64,000 nucleotides of DNA from Vicugna vicugna (Eukaryota): the NCBI GenBank assembly GCA_013265495.1, contig MU058384.1, positions 371,622-435,621 on the forward strand, in the 5' to 3' direction. Both the position numbers and the translations under genes were made by a program. Shown piece by piece: positions 52,408 through 63,739 of the stretch; the first letter of the stretch is position 1; every line of letters begins with the position of its first letter. The notes under the pieces are model-generated. The model saw nothing but the letters and a program-made list of their open reading frames with translations. It was not told the DNA's origin and ran no database searches.

Positions 52408-52601
52408 TCTTTGCCCTTCAGTTTATTGAGATGTCCTCCTCAATCGCTCTTAATCTTTCTATATTTTTTTCTTCTTTACCCTCAAGATTTGACTATGCAA
52501 CTTTTTTATGCTCACGTAGTTTTAACTGCATTCTCAAGGCTAATTATTCCCAAAAGAACGTCTCTAATCTTGCCCTTTCTATCTCTCTTCATTCCACCAT
52601 T
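52408..52601 (-). pseudogene. candidate decayed exon (194 nt), coiled-coil-like translation
   Basis: acceptor ctctatataattag|, donor AGA|gtaagt; MVE*REIERARLETFFWE*LALRMQLKLREHKKVA*SNLEGKEEKNIERLRAIEEDISIN*RAK; 3 CpGs retained. Confidence 0.45.
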
Positions 52602-52932
52602 CTAATTATATAGAGTGTTGTGTTCCAGAAAAATACTGACAGATCATTTTCCCAGTCGAGTTCCCCAACTATTAAAATGAATCTTACCCCTCACTTTCAT
52701 TTCCTCCAACTATTGACTCCAATGCTGAATTTAGCACAGCCTCTAAAATGAAAGTGTGCTAATGATTCCAGGGAACTATAAAACATGAAAATTACAAATA
52801 TTTCAATACACTGCCAAGAGAACATAATACAGTACTCAGTGTATTGCCACTTGACAAATAGTTTCAGACTTTTAGGGTTTATTATGAAGCTAAGATTAGT
52901 AGTTGGAAGTGCTGTAATAGAATATCATGTAC

Positions 52933-53336
52933 CTTCCTAATTTATTTTCAAGATACATAAATCATCAAGAAGAAATCTGTTTCTTGGATGCTGATTGTGA
53001 AATATGTTCCTGGTGTATTTTGAAAGAGTAGAATATCTTCCTGCTTGCCAGTTATCTTATTTGTTATCTTATTTTCGGTATTACATCATTCTTTGCACAA
53101 AATATGTTTCTCAACCTGAGTATTGACCATCATATTATTTCTTGTTATGGATATCCAAACAAGCACAAGTTCCACTAGATGATCTCTGCTGTCCTTCCTG
53201 TGATTGATGTTTTGGTAGAAATCGTTTTGGGTTCAAGCTCTGAATCCCTTTTCAAGGGTTCCAGCTTATCTGCGGAACCCTGCCACACCCCTCCCTTCAA
53301 CTAAGCCCCATATAAAAATGTTTACAACTTATCCAC
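52933..53336 (-). pseudogene. candidate decayed exon (5' boundary uncertain)
   Basis: donor AAG|gtacat; last ~50 codons open (..EDILLFSKYTRNIFHNQHPRNRFLLDDLCILKIKLGR), and its phase 2 joins the 52601 exon in the frame shown there. Confidence 0.35.
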
Positions 53337-53479
53337 TAGGAGTCTTGAAAATCAACTCAAATTAGAAGTGTTCCACAGCAATGTGATTGCCCCTAATATC
53401 TAACAAAGTCCTTCATACAAAAATTACACATCTTATAGCTGTACAATTTATCTGTATGATTTAAAATGTTATCTACAAA

Positions 53480-53690
53480 GGATGAATATATGCTGGAGTC
53501 ACACTGAGAGATTTGAGTACCAGCCACACATTTGGTAGCTATAAGGATCTGAAAGTAATCCCTATAGGCTGGGCATTACATTCTTCATTAAATTAGGCAT
53601 AATAAAAACAAGACATTCGTAAAGTTGTTTTAAAGACTAAGTGAGATAATGCCTATAAAATGAACACCTGCTATGTATTGAGTTCTATCA
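53480..53690 (+). mobile_element. MIR
   Basis: gctggagtcacac...gatttgagtaccagc...aaagttgttttaaagactaagtgagataatgcctataaaatg. Confidence 0.55.
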
Positions 53691-53783
53691 AGAATGAAAA
53701 TTTCAGGTTCTTTATCATGTGATGGTTAGAAGAGTAAGAGATGTTTTTAGAAGAGTAAGTTGATGATTTCATGTTACTTTCAC

Positions 53784-53828
53784 AATTTAAAAAGAATTTT
53801 AAAAGAATTTTTAAAAGAATTTAAAAAG
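53784..53828. repeat. tandem repeat, ~11-bp unit (AATTTTAAAAG) x4
   Basis: aatttaaaaag aattttaaaag aatttttaaaag aatttaaaaag. Confidence 0.85.
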
Positions 53829-55515
53829 AGGTGAAGTTAAATAATATAGTTGTGTTAAGGTCATTCACCTAGTAATATTTGAACAGGGATAGGATCAGAC
53901 TGATTCCAGAAAATTCAACCATTATAATCTACTGAGTATAATCAAGAGCCCATAATGTTTGAAAATAGCATTTACTGAGTGCTTAAAAAATGCTGGGGGC
54001 GGGGGTGGACTCTTTAGGACTCTTTAGGAGAACAGCTGCTATTGCTCCCCTTTTGCAGAAAACAAAAATTATTTTCTTGCTTTTCCCCTAATGGGTTAAG
54101 TTTCCTTCTGAGCCACTTTTTTCCAGGTGGGCACTATAAGTAGATGTCTTCTGCCCTGTAGCCTTTTCAAGAGCCTGGAGGAATATTTGAGATCTGTGAG
54201 GAAAAATAAATTTTCTTAACCCTAAAATACTAGAAGAAACCTACTGACTTCATTTTAATAGATGTTGAATATCCATAAATAAAAAAATAATCAAATAACT
54301 TGTCTTTGTCTCTTTGTCTTTCTCATATTATTTAAGGATATGGATATACTTAATGTGAATTTCAGGTAGACTGAGATAACGTGTTGTGGACCCTGCTAAA
54401 GGGAGATTTCCTGGGGTCTGAAAAGTTATTAAAACCACCCACTCTGACATCAAGGACTGCTGAGGGAACCAACATGTTAATAATAGTCCTTAAATACAGC
54501 TGGTCTATTTGTATCAAAGTTCTTTGCCTTCCAGTGTTCTTCTCTTGTCAGACCTTAAATATTAGCATGCTGCTTTCTTCTCAGTCCTCTCTTCTAATTA
54601 AAAAAAAAAACAAAAACAAAAACGAAAACCCTAATTTAGATATATTTGGCAAACATTACATTGCATGTATTTAAAAAGTAAAATTTAGTGAGTTTTGAAA
54701 TGTAAATACACCTGTGACACCATCATCAAATCCAAAAAAATGAACATATCCATCACACCCAAATTCTTGTGTTTTTTCCTAATCCTTCTCTACCTCTTTC
54801 CACTCCCCTTACCCACCAGTAGGCAACGATCCATTTCTGTCATTATGGATTAGTTTGCATTTTCTAGAATTTTATATAAAGGGAATCTTCTTTTCCTGGC
54901 TTCTTCTAGTCAACATATGAATTCTGATATTTGTTCATGCTGTGCAGGGTTATCAGTAGCTCATTCCTATTAACTGATAAGCCATATTCCATTGAATAGC
55001 TGTACTTCAATTTGTTTATCCATTCATCAGCCGTTCGAGATTGGGTTGTTTCCAGTTTGGGGCTTTTACAAATAAAGCTGCTCTAAACTTTCATGTCAGC
55101 TATTTCTATGAGAATATGTTTTATTTCTGTTGGGTTAATACGTATGAGTGGAATGTCTCCATTATATGTTAGGCATGTGTTTAATATTTAAGAAACTGTG
55201 GAACTATTTTCCAAACAGAGTATCATTTTACAATCCCACTAGCAGGATGTGACAGTCCCAAGTGCTCTACCACTTTGCCACGGTTTGGTTTTTCTGTTAT
55301 CGTTGTTGCTTTGTTTTGTTTTCAGTCTTTTTTATAGGTTTAAAGTTGTATTTAATTGTGGTTTTAATTGTAATTTCTCTAGTGCATAATGATGCTGAGC
55401 ATCTTTCCACGGATTTGCTTTCCATTCTTTATTGTGTGTGTGAAGTGTCTGTTCAGGTATCTTGTCCATTTTTTCACTGGGCTTATTGTTTCCTAATTAT
55501 TGTGTTCTATATTAG

Positions 55516-55688
55516 GTATCTATTAAGATAACCATATGGTTTCATTCTTCTGTCTGTTAATATGGCAAATTATATTAATTGCTATTCTAAAGTGAAAGCA
55601 ACCTGGGATTAAAACACATGTGTTCATGATATACTATCATTTTTATATATTGTCAGGTTCATTTTGCTAAACTTTTAAAATAATTATT
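55516..55688 (+). repeat. dispersed direct duplication, copy A (inserted copy of 58074-58247)
   Basis: manual alignment to 58074-58247 gives ~13 differences in ~174 bp (~92% identity). Confidence 0.95.
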
Positions 55689-56174
55689 GTGTTTTAATAT
55701 ATGTTATACATTCTGGATACACTTATTTACTGTATATGTGGATTTACAACTATTTTTTCCCTGTATGTGGCTGGCTTTAAATTCTTTAAACAGCGTCTTA
55801 AAAAGAATAGAAGTTCTTAATTTTGATGAAATCCAATAAACCACTTATTTCTCTGTCTCATGCTGTTAATATTGCATCTGAAAAATCTGTACCTAACCTA
55901 ATGTCACAAAATATCTTCCTGTTTTTTTCTTCGTTAACTCAGTTATTTTTTGTATGTATAATGATACATAACTGAAATTTATTTTTATGTGGACAACTAG
56001 TTGTTCCAGCATCATTAATAAAAAAGACTATCATTTTTACAGTGAATTAACTTTGAAACTTTGTTGAAAATCAGTTGACTATCTATATGTCAGTTCTGTA
56101 GCAGAACTCTGTATTCTTTTCCATTGATTTATCTGCTTTTATTCCAAACTCAAAATCTTGATAATTGTAGCTAC

Positions 56175-57262
56175 AATTTTTCTACTTGTTACCCTTGTTC
56201 TTTGTTCTTTATTTTTGTTCTCCACTCTTTCTGCTTTTTGTGGTTTTAACTGAGCATTTTATGTGATCCCATTTTTTCTCTTTTCTTAGCAAATTAGTTA
56301 TACTTCTTTTTTTTTAATTTTTTTAAATCTTTGCCCTAGAGTTTGCAATATACATTTACAGCTAGTTCAACGCTACTTTGAAATAACACTATACCACTTA
56401 CTTCACAGGTAATATGAATACCTTATAATAAAGTAATTCTAATTCCTCACTCCCATTTCTCATTGCACTTATACTTAAGCATACATAAAAATATATGTAA
56501 TACACACATGCATTATACAGAAGCATACATAATCATATACATTACTGGTATTATTATTTCAAATAAACTGTTATCTGTTAGATCAGTTAAGAACTTCACC
56601 AGTGTGCCGCAGTTTTTGTTTTTTTTGTTTTTTTGTTTTTTTTTTTTCCTCTCCCATCTCCTCCCTTAGGCAGGAAAGCAGAAAAGCAGGCTGGAGTTGG
56701 ACATTTCCCTTTCCTCAGGTCATTTAGGCTCTTACAGTACCTCCGCAGATGAGGCCCTGCTTAACTAGTTTCTCCTGAGGGCAAGGCTTGTTAGGAAGAA
56801 CAAAATGCTCTGGCTTCTGTCAAAATGGTTTCCTTCCTCCTCCTCAAGCCAGAAGCAAAAGAGGATTTTTCTCTGATGTTTACTATGGGAACCTGCTCCA
56901 TCTCCTAGAGGTAAATCTCACCATATTGGTTTGGGGTGGCAGGGAACACTATGACTGGACACCCCTGGAGTTTTTAACTCTCAGACTTGCCCTCACTGAG
57001 CCTCCAGCAATTTGTCATTTGTAGTTCAGCTTTTCCAACCCCAGCACTGGTTCCTTCAGCAGTTTCCTCTCATGAGTTTCTGCTCTGGTAAGTTGCTGTT
57101 CCCTCTATTTGTCTGTCTTACTCTTTATTTTTGAGGGTAATGGTTTTCCCTGTGTCTTCTTCTCTCGTATGGATCCAAGAAGAGTTGTTGATTTTTCAGT
57201 ATTCAGGTTTTTTCTTGTTAGGATGGAGTGATAACTTCCAAGTTCCTTACATGCAGAACTCA
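56175..57262 (-). mobile_element. nested L1MC-like 5' UTR plus inter-ORF piece
   Basis: ttgccctagagtttgcaatatacatttac...aaataacactataccactt (inter-ORF); ctagtttctcctgagggca...ttgttaggatggagtgataacttccaagttccttacatgc (5' end). Confidence 0.7.
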
Positions 57263-58073
57263 ATGTAACAAATGTTTAAAAACTAGATAAAATAGTTATT
57301 TAGTGTCATCTTCTTCTCCACAGTATTTTGGTTATTTTAGGTCTTTTTTTATTTCCATGTCATTATTTGAATGTGTTCGTTGAGTCCTACAAAAAAATTC
57401 TGCTAGAATTGTTATTGGATTTATGATGTAACCATGGTGTCAATATACATAATAGTGACTTCTTAACTACACGGTGACCACATCAACACAATATATAGTT
57501 CCGCTCATTTACTTTACCTTAGCAGTAGTTTCTAGTTTTCAATGTAAAATCCTTGCATGTACTTTTTCGTATTTACCCCCAGCCAGGTATTTCTTGATAC
57601 TATTGTAAATCATATGAGCCCTTTACTTGAATTTCAAATTGTTAGATATAATTTATAGAAATATAACTTGTATTTGAATATTGATATTGTATAACACAAT
57701 CTTCTTATATTGTACCATGCACTTAGTCCTAGGAAATTTTTATTCATCTCACAGGATTTTCTACTTGGAGTGATTGTGTTATTTTTGAAGAAAGACAGTT
57801 ACGCTTCTTTTTCAACCTGGATGTTTTCTATTTTTCTTTTTTGCACAAGCTAGTATTTCCAATACAATGTTGAATGAAAGTGGTGAGATAGGATATCTTT
57901 GTTTTGTTCCTGATCTTAGAGGGAGAAAAGTATTCAGTCTTTCTCTTTTTAGTGATGTCAGCTATGGGATTTTCAAAACCACCCCTTATCATTTGAGGAA
58001 GTTCTCTTCTGCTCCTAGATTTCTGAGAGTTGCTTTCAGGGTTGGATGTTGGATTTCTAAAATGCTGTTTTTT

Positions 58074-58247
58074 GTATCTATTGAAATAACCATATGGTTT
58101 TATTCTTCAGTCTGTTAATATGGCAAATTATATTAATTGCTACCCTAAAGTGAATGCAACCTGGGATTAAAACACATGTGCTCATGATATACTATCATTT
58201 TCATATATCGTTAAGGTTCATTTTGCTTAACTTTTAAAATAATTATT
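58074..58247 (+). repeat. dispersed direct duplication, copy B (donor, colinear in the L1)
   Basis: gtatctattgaaataaccatatgg...aacttttaaaataattatt matches 55516-55688. Confidence 0.95.
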
Positions 58248-59497
58248 TCATCTATCATCGTAAAGTTATTGGTCTGTATTTTTCTTGTAATGTGTTTTAC
58301 AGACTTTGGTATCAGAACAATCCTGGTCTTTTAGACTGATTTGGGCATTATTTCCTCTCCTTCAATTTTCTTCAGAATTTATGTAGAACCTGTATTAAAT
58401 GTGTTGGTAGAAATCACTAGAGCATTCATCTAGGCTTGGCATGAAGCAAGATTCTAGAAAAAATTAACATAATGAAGACAATATATCTATTTAAAACATA
58501 ATATCAAGAGAGAAGAAAAGATAAATTGGTCAGTAGAATAATATTTAACTTTTAGAAATTAAAATATTATATCCCAGAATGAATAAAACATCTGCATATT
58601 ATTATTTTCTTTACATGTTGATCGCCTATTCTGACACTGTGCTTTCTTAATACACAAAATCAAATTTGCTAATCAATATATGAGGTGTAGTACCTAAATA
58701 CATACTTCACTTTAAGCTAAATAACACTTTAAAGTAATAATTTTTAGGAAATTATTCAGAAAAATAATCCATAAAATTGATGGAGAAATTAAATTATGAC
58801 CACTCATTTCTCTTGGCAGAAATATCAGAAAATTTCAATATGGTAGGGTATTTTTTAATAACTAAACAAATGAGTGATTATAAGCATGTTTAGTTGCATG
58901 TGTAATATGTGTTGACCTAAATAGCAACTAAAACACAGTTTTGTTTAATAGATAATACATCCTGTCTTCCAGCTTGATTGGTGATCAGTAACTATCATAT
59001 AAAAAACTACGCTTTTTAGTTTCTCTATTTCAGTTTTCCTGATGAGTGACATGTGAATCAAATGGTAGCTTTATTCTCAGGCTTAACACTTTTTCTGCCC
59101 ATTCGACTATTTCCTTTTTGTGCATAATGTAATTGTAGAATTATCAATGAATATTAACTTCCAAATGTGTAAGAAACCATGGCCTGTAGGTTGAAGATGC
59201 ATTTCTGGCATTAATGACTGCCTAAAACTATTTTGCCCAAATAAAATCTCTTCATTAATGTCAGGAAAGTGTCCAACCTTGGTTTTTTATTTATTATCTT
59301 GAACTGTGAAAACATTTATAAAGAACCGAAAAATTAAGCATATTTCCATTTGAGAAGGTTAAATGCTGTTTCCGTAGGTATGGTGTTCTACTCTCAGTAC
59401 TAGACAAAAGTCTAGTCAGTAACCAGTAGGAAGACAGCGTTAATCTCAAGGAATTCACTTTCCATAATTCAACTCTACAATCTTGGTCACTGTCTAA

Positions 59498-59620
59498 ATG
59501 ATGATAATGATGATGATAAGTATTATAACTGACAGTTTCGCAAAATTTTACACTGTGTCCAGGACTGGGATAAGTACTGCATACAAAGCTTGTGACAATT
59601 CTTCTAAACAATAACAATGT
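59498..59620 (-). mobile_element. MIR 3' fragment with (ATG)n-like tail
   Basis: atgatgataatgatgatgataag...tttacactgtgtccaggactgggataagtactgcataca...aattcttctaaacaataac. Confidence 0.45.
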
Positions 59621-60435
59621 CAATAGAGATGCCATAAATTGTTCCCTTTAACATTATATATAAGCTTTCCTGGCATATAATGTCATAGGACAAAACCTCA
59701 CATTAAGTATAGGAATGAATTTTCTATACCTAATCTATCAACTTAATAGATAATTCTCTTATAAACTTCCTAACATGGAAAACAACAATGATCCTACCTC
59801 ATGTTCTGCTTGACATCAGTCAGTATTACACTTCCATATCACTTGATACAAATACTAGATTTCTCCACAAAAGGAAAGTGATTAAGTACTTCAATGGTAA
59901 TATAATAAATTTGCATTGGAAATAGGAATGCTAAAGATGTAGTGGAGTATACCCAAAGCCATGCTGACTTTAATGAGTGAAAACTTTTGGTTCCCATGCC
60001 ATCATGTAGCCTCATTTGTAAACCTGGAAGTGTACTCTTTATTTTGGTTTTTGGTTTTATTTTTAACTCTCTTTGGTGGTCTAATGCATGCCCTTAGCAC
60101 ATGTCCCTAAACTTAGAATATGTCATTGAATAGCATACACACAAAAAACGTAATGAATATGACTGCTTTTCCAGAACCAGGGTAAATTTTGAATTGCTAG
60201 TGTCTTTCTTTATATTCCCAAGGTTTAGAACAGATTTTGTTTAGACCTATTTTTCATTTGTATTTCATGTGGCTAAGTATATTTTGTTTTTCTGCTGCCT
60301 ATTAAATTGAAGCTGCAGTGGCAGAGATTGTCTTCTTACTTTCATAAATATCCCCAAAGGTTATTAAACAATAAGCCTCTCAAATAAATATAATTTATGA
60401 ATGTAAAAATGTCATAAATTATGTTTAATTCTTAC

Positions 60436-60509
60436 GAGGAGCCACGGAAGCTCTGAAATCAATGGGATGATATATTATTTTTGGACTCTGTTGCTTCGCT
60501 GGTATAGCA
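60436..60509 (-). pseudogene. candidate exon (74 nt)
   Basis: acceptor cattcattcctttcaaccttag|, donor CTC|gtaaga; one frame open (AIPAKQQSPKIIYHPIDFRASVAP); CpG-containing. Confidence 0.45.
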
Positions 60510-60864
60510 CTAAGGTTGAAAGGAATGAATGCTGACTTTTAGAGCTGTAGTGTAGGTCATAAATTAGGAGGAACTGTCATATCATAAGGTTGTTTTGGAA
60601 AAATATAACATCCTTACTTGTGATCATTATTTGCTATTGATGAGTTTGTGTTGTTAGATATTTTTTCCTCGCAAATTACAGGATGTTTCAAATATTTATA
60701 TGGAAAAGAAATGTTATTATAGTTTTAATTAATATTTTTACAGAAGAAACCTCATATTTAAAAATGATCAACACACAGGCAAGCTATTATGAGTCAGATT
60801 TATTCATCCATTTATGCTTTCATATTATTTTATATACAATTTCATAATTATCATTTATCATATT

Positions 60865-61005
60865 TTATTATAGTCATTCATTTATATGACTGTCACCCCT
60901 TCTAAACTGTTAAAAACTTCAAGGCAGGACAATGCTTCATTTATCTCTGTAACCACTACCTGCATGCTCACATATGGTAGTCACTTAATAAACGTTTTGG
61001 GTTTA
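60865..61005 (+). mobile_element. L2 3' tail
   Basis: tatatgactgtcaccccttctaaactg...cttcaaggcaggacaatg...tttatctctgtaacc...cacatatggtagtcacttaataaacgttttg. Confidence 0.65.
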
Positions 61006-61118
61006 AAAAAAATTAAATAGAGAATAAACTGGCATAGTTCATAGTAATTAAGCCATATGTACACATCTAATAAAAGCTAAATATGTAAATAAGTCATAAT
61101 GAATTTTATTTAAGAAAA

Positions 61119-61124
<6 letters not shown>

Positions 61125-61156
<32 letters not shown>
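61125..61156. repeat. (TA)16 microsatellite
   Basis: perfect TA run. Confidence 0.97.
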
Positions 61157-61159
<3 letters not shown>

Positions 61160-61479
61160 TGAAATTTTATATTGGTTGAAGGTATGCCATATGCTTTGAT
61201 GGTTTTCTGCTTTGTGCACTTTAGTGAGAAAGATGACAGGATAACTTCTTATGTTCTAAGAAAGTGGGAATCCACAAATTTCCTGGTATCATGTTTAGAA
61301 GAAAAACATGGTTACACAGGCCTCCTTTAACTAAACAACTTAATTTTATGTAAGATATATATGTGATCATATGTTACATATTATTTTTCAGTTTATACTT
61401 AACATTTATATTTCAAAATAGACTCATACTGAATTCTGATTTGATTCAAATCTTTTTACTCTGTATCTTTACACATTTA

Positions 61480-61625
61480 ATTATTTATCACAGCAAAAAT
61501 ACTTTGTTTCTATTTTATAAGTAAGTAACTGAGGTTTAGATACATTTCTAAACTTAAATAGCAAGTAAAATTTGGAATTAGTGCCTATATATCTGGTTCT
61601 TTATTCCATATACTTTCTGCTTCCA
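61480..61625 (-). mobile_element. MIR fragment
   Basis: tttctattttataagtaagtaactgaggtttaga...tagcaagtaaaatttggaattagtgcc...tctggttc. Confidence 0.5.
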
Positions 61626-61631
61626 AAGATT

Positions 61632-61819
61632 CAATAATGTGGTGGTAAATATTTCACAGCTAGCTGGGGGTAGTAGATCTGATTTGATGCATTTGTTGAT
61701 TTTTCATGGCACAGATACTCTTGCCTGAGTTCAAGTTACCAACACTATTTCAATGGAGATAGAGTTAAAAGAAAATTTAACTCTTGGGTCTAGTAACAAC
61801 CACCTCCAGCACACCACTG
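61632..61819. mobile_element. MER63-like hAT-Blackjack MITE
   Basis: tgtggtggtaaatatttcac...ctgatttgatgcatttgttgatttttcatggcacagatactc...ttcaagttaccaac...ctccagcacaccactg. Confidence 0.75.
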
Positions 61820-62657
61820 AAAACATGATTTTATTATGGGCAGTTATAACATCAGGACAGAGTCATAGATAAGAGATCAGTTGTTTAAGCTGTTAATTCT
61901 GAGTCCAGACAGAAATGGCATTCTAGGAGTTTAGAAAAATCAAGAAACAGTGGGCAGACAAGGTTAAATTAAAATTCCTGGTGGTTATAATTCATAGTTA
62001 TTATAATAATTTGTAATGTTCATTTGTTCATACAGTTCTTAAATTAGGATTGATTTTTGCTATTTCTCCAAATGTGGGCTCTTAATCATTTCAGCTAGGA
62101 TTAAGTCTGAGTCTTCTTAATATTGTAGTACCATTTAATCCACTAGGAGTTTTTGAATATTCTTTCTAAAATTAGCTTCTGAAAATTTGTGTGCAGGTGG
62201 TTAAGAAAACCTAAATTATACATTATTACCTTAAACATCCATTGGAAGTTAAATGTTTCAACTCTACATTCACTCATTGGCATCTGTGTTTTACACTATA
62301 CTCCCATGACATAATGGATTAATACTGAGAAACAATTGAGCAATAGCTCATATTTTTTTGAGTACTGGAAATCACATGAGTATCTTAAAAGGAAACTAGA
62401 TAGAATTCTGAAACATGAATTATCTTGATTTTAATTGAGGTATGTATTGCCAAATAGTTGCCTTTGAGTCTTTGTGAATCATTAAATGAACCAGGGAAAT
62501 TATTTTATAGTGACCTGTTAAACAGTACCCTTCTTCTGGTACACTTTGTGAAAAAAAGGAGAAATAAAATGAAGAAAAAATGTTATTATTAAGTTACCTG
62601 GTATAAAAGCCAAATTTATCTGTTAACTGAATCCCAGAATTGGACAGAATTACCTAC

Positions 62658-62771
62658 CTGTTCACTGGCACCTTTGAAGCAGAGCTCCCCAACCTGAAGG
62701 ATATGCCCTGCTAGTATTGATCACCTGATTGATGTAAGAATCAAATCCTGCTTGAGGCAAAAACCTTGGTC
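62658..62771 (-). pseudogene. candidate exon (114 nt)
   Basis: strong acceptor aaattttcttttttag|G and donor CAG|gtaggt; two frames have only one stop each (GPRFLPQAGFDSYINQVINTSRAYPSGWGALLQRCQ*T; DQGFCLKQDLILTSIR*SILAGHILQVGELCFKGASEQ). Confidence 0.5.
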
Positions 62772-63412
62772 CTAAAAAAGAAAATTTCAGAATTGAATTG
62801 AAAATAAGCCATAATTTACTCTCAAATAAACCAATAATATTAAAATTTCCCATGCACCTTGAGGAGAGAATGATTAAAATGATAGACAGAGGTCAAGAGT
62901 GCTTCACCAATGAAACACTGTTCACTTGGAAAGAAACAAAAAGATGAGAGTAAGCACCCCACTACAAAATATAAAAACACTATTTAACATGAACATATTT
63001 CATTGTATTAACTTTTTAAAATATCATTGTGAAAATAATGTTCCATTAAAAAAAGTCATAATTTACTTAATCAATTCCTCCAAAATGGTGATGGTTTTGG
63101 AAAACAACCAGTTTTAAATTTAAATTATTTTTCTCCTTCAGAAGACATTTTCTAGTTATACAATAATTTTTGGTAAATCCATTTACCTAATGCACTTATA
63201 GTCACATTCTTCTCTGTCTAGGTAGTTAAGAGTTTACTTCTTTTTTCATGAGAGTGAAAAAAGAAGTAAACTTTTTCTGTGAAAAAGTGAAGCTGTTTAG
63301 AATTATATCTTCCTCAATTTCATAATCCTTTAAATCTAAGGCCATTATATTTTTTATCTTTTTTTAAAGATACTAGTTATGTATTCCTTTGAGAAAGCAT
63401 CTTGATTCTCAC

Positions 63413-63640
63413 TTCAGTTATTTATGATTTTAATTTGCATATTGTCTTTCTTCTGAAAAGCTTATGGCATTGTATAAAAACACTTTCAACTTTCATTAAA
63501 CATCTGTCACAATCTAGTGCTGAAAAAGCAGCAGGGAAGCTTTATAACAATAACTGGAAAAATATGATGAGGAAAAAGAATATAATAAATAGTAATAACA
63601 AGAAATTTATTAGACCATCACTCAGAGCCCTCTAACCCAG
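63413..63640 (-). pseudogene. candidate exon (228 nt) with transmembrane-like translation
   Basis: acceptor gtgttttttgcag|, donor GAA|gtgaga; LG*RALSDGLINFLLLLFIIFFFLIIFFQLLL*SFPAAFSALDCDRCL.. Confidence 0.3.
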
Positions 63641-63739
63641 CTGCAAAAAACACTTTAAATTTTACCTTAAAATATATAAATTACAAATACATTTTCTAGA
63701 CAAATAGTTTATTTTTGAAGATAATGTACAACCTCTTAC

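Larger units (their letters stand above)
54630..58440 (-). mobile_element. L1MD/L1ME-type 3' UTR and ORF2, interrupted at ~55507-55688 and ~56175-57262
   Basis: tgaacatatccatcacaccc, gattagtttgcattttctagaattttatataaa, aagttcttaattttgatgaaatcca, aatacaatgttgaatgaaagtggtgaga, ttgttcctgatcttagagggagaa. Confidence 0.9.

Noticed and set aside
52408..52601. Argument that the stops are C>T-revertible to Arg/Gln and so prove past coding
   Set aside because: All stop codons begin with T, so this is trivially true and is not evidence
53784..53828. Regularly spaced direct repeats suggestive of an array
   Set aside because: Simple AT-rich tandem repeat without spacers; mammalian DNA, not CRISPR
59294..59635. 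113-aa minus ORF with a His run as a stand-alone gene
   Set aside because: Its 5' half is a MIR fragment and (ATG)n microsatellite; only the 59278-59493 part is kept, as a weak exon candidate
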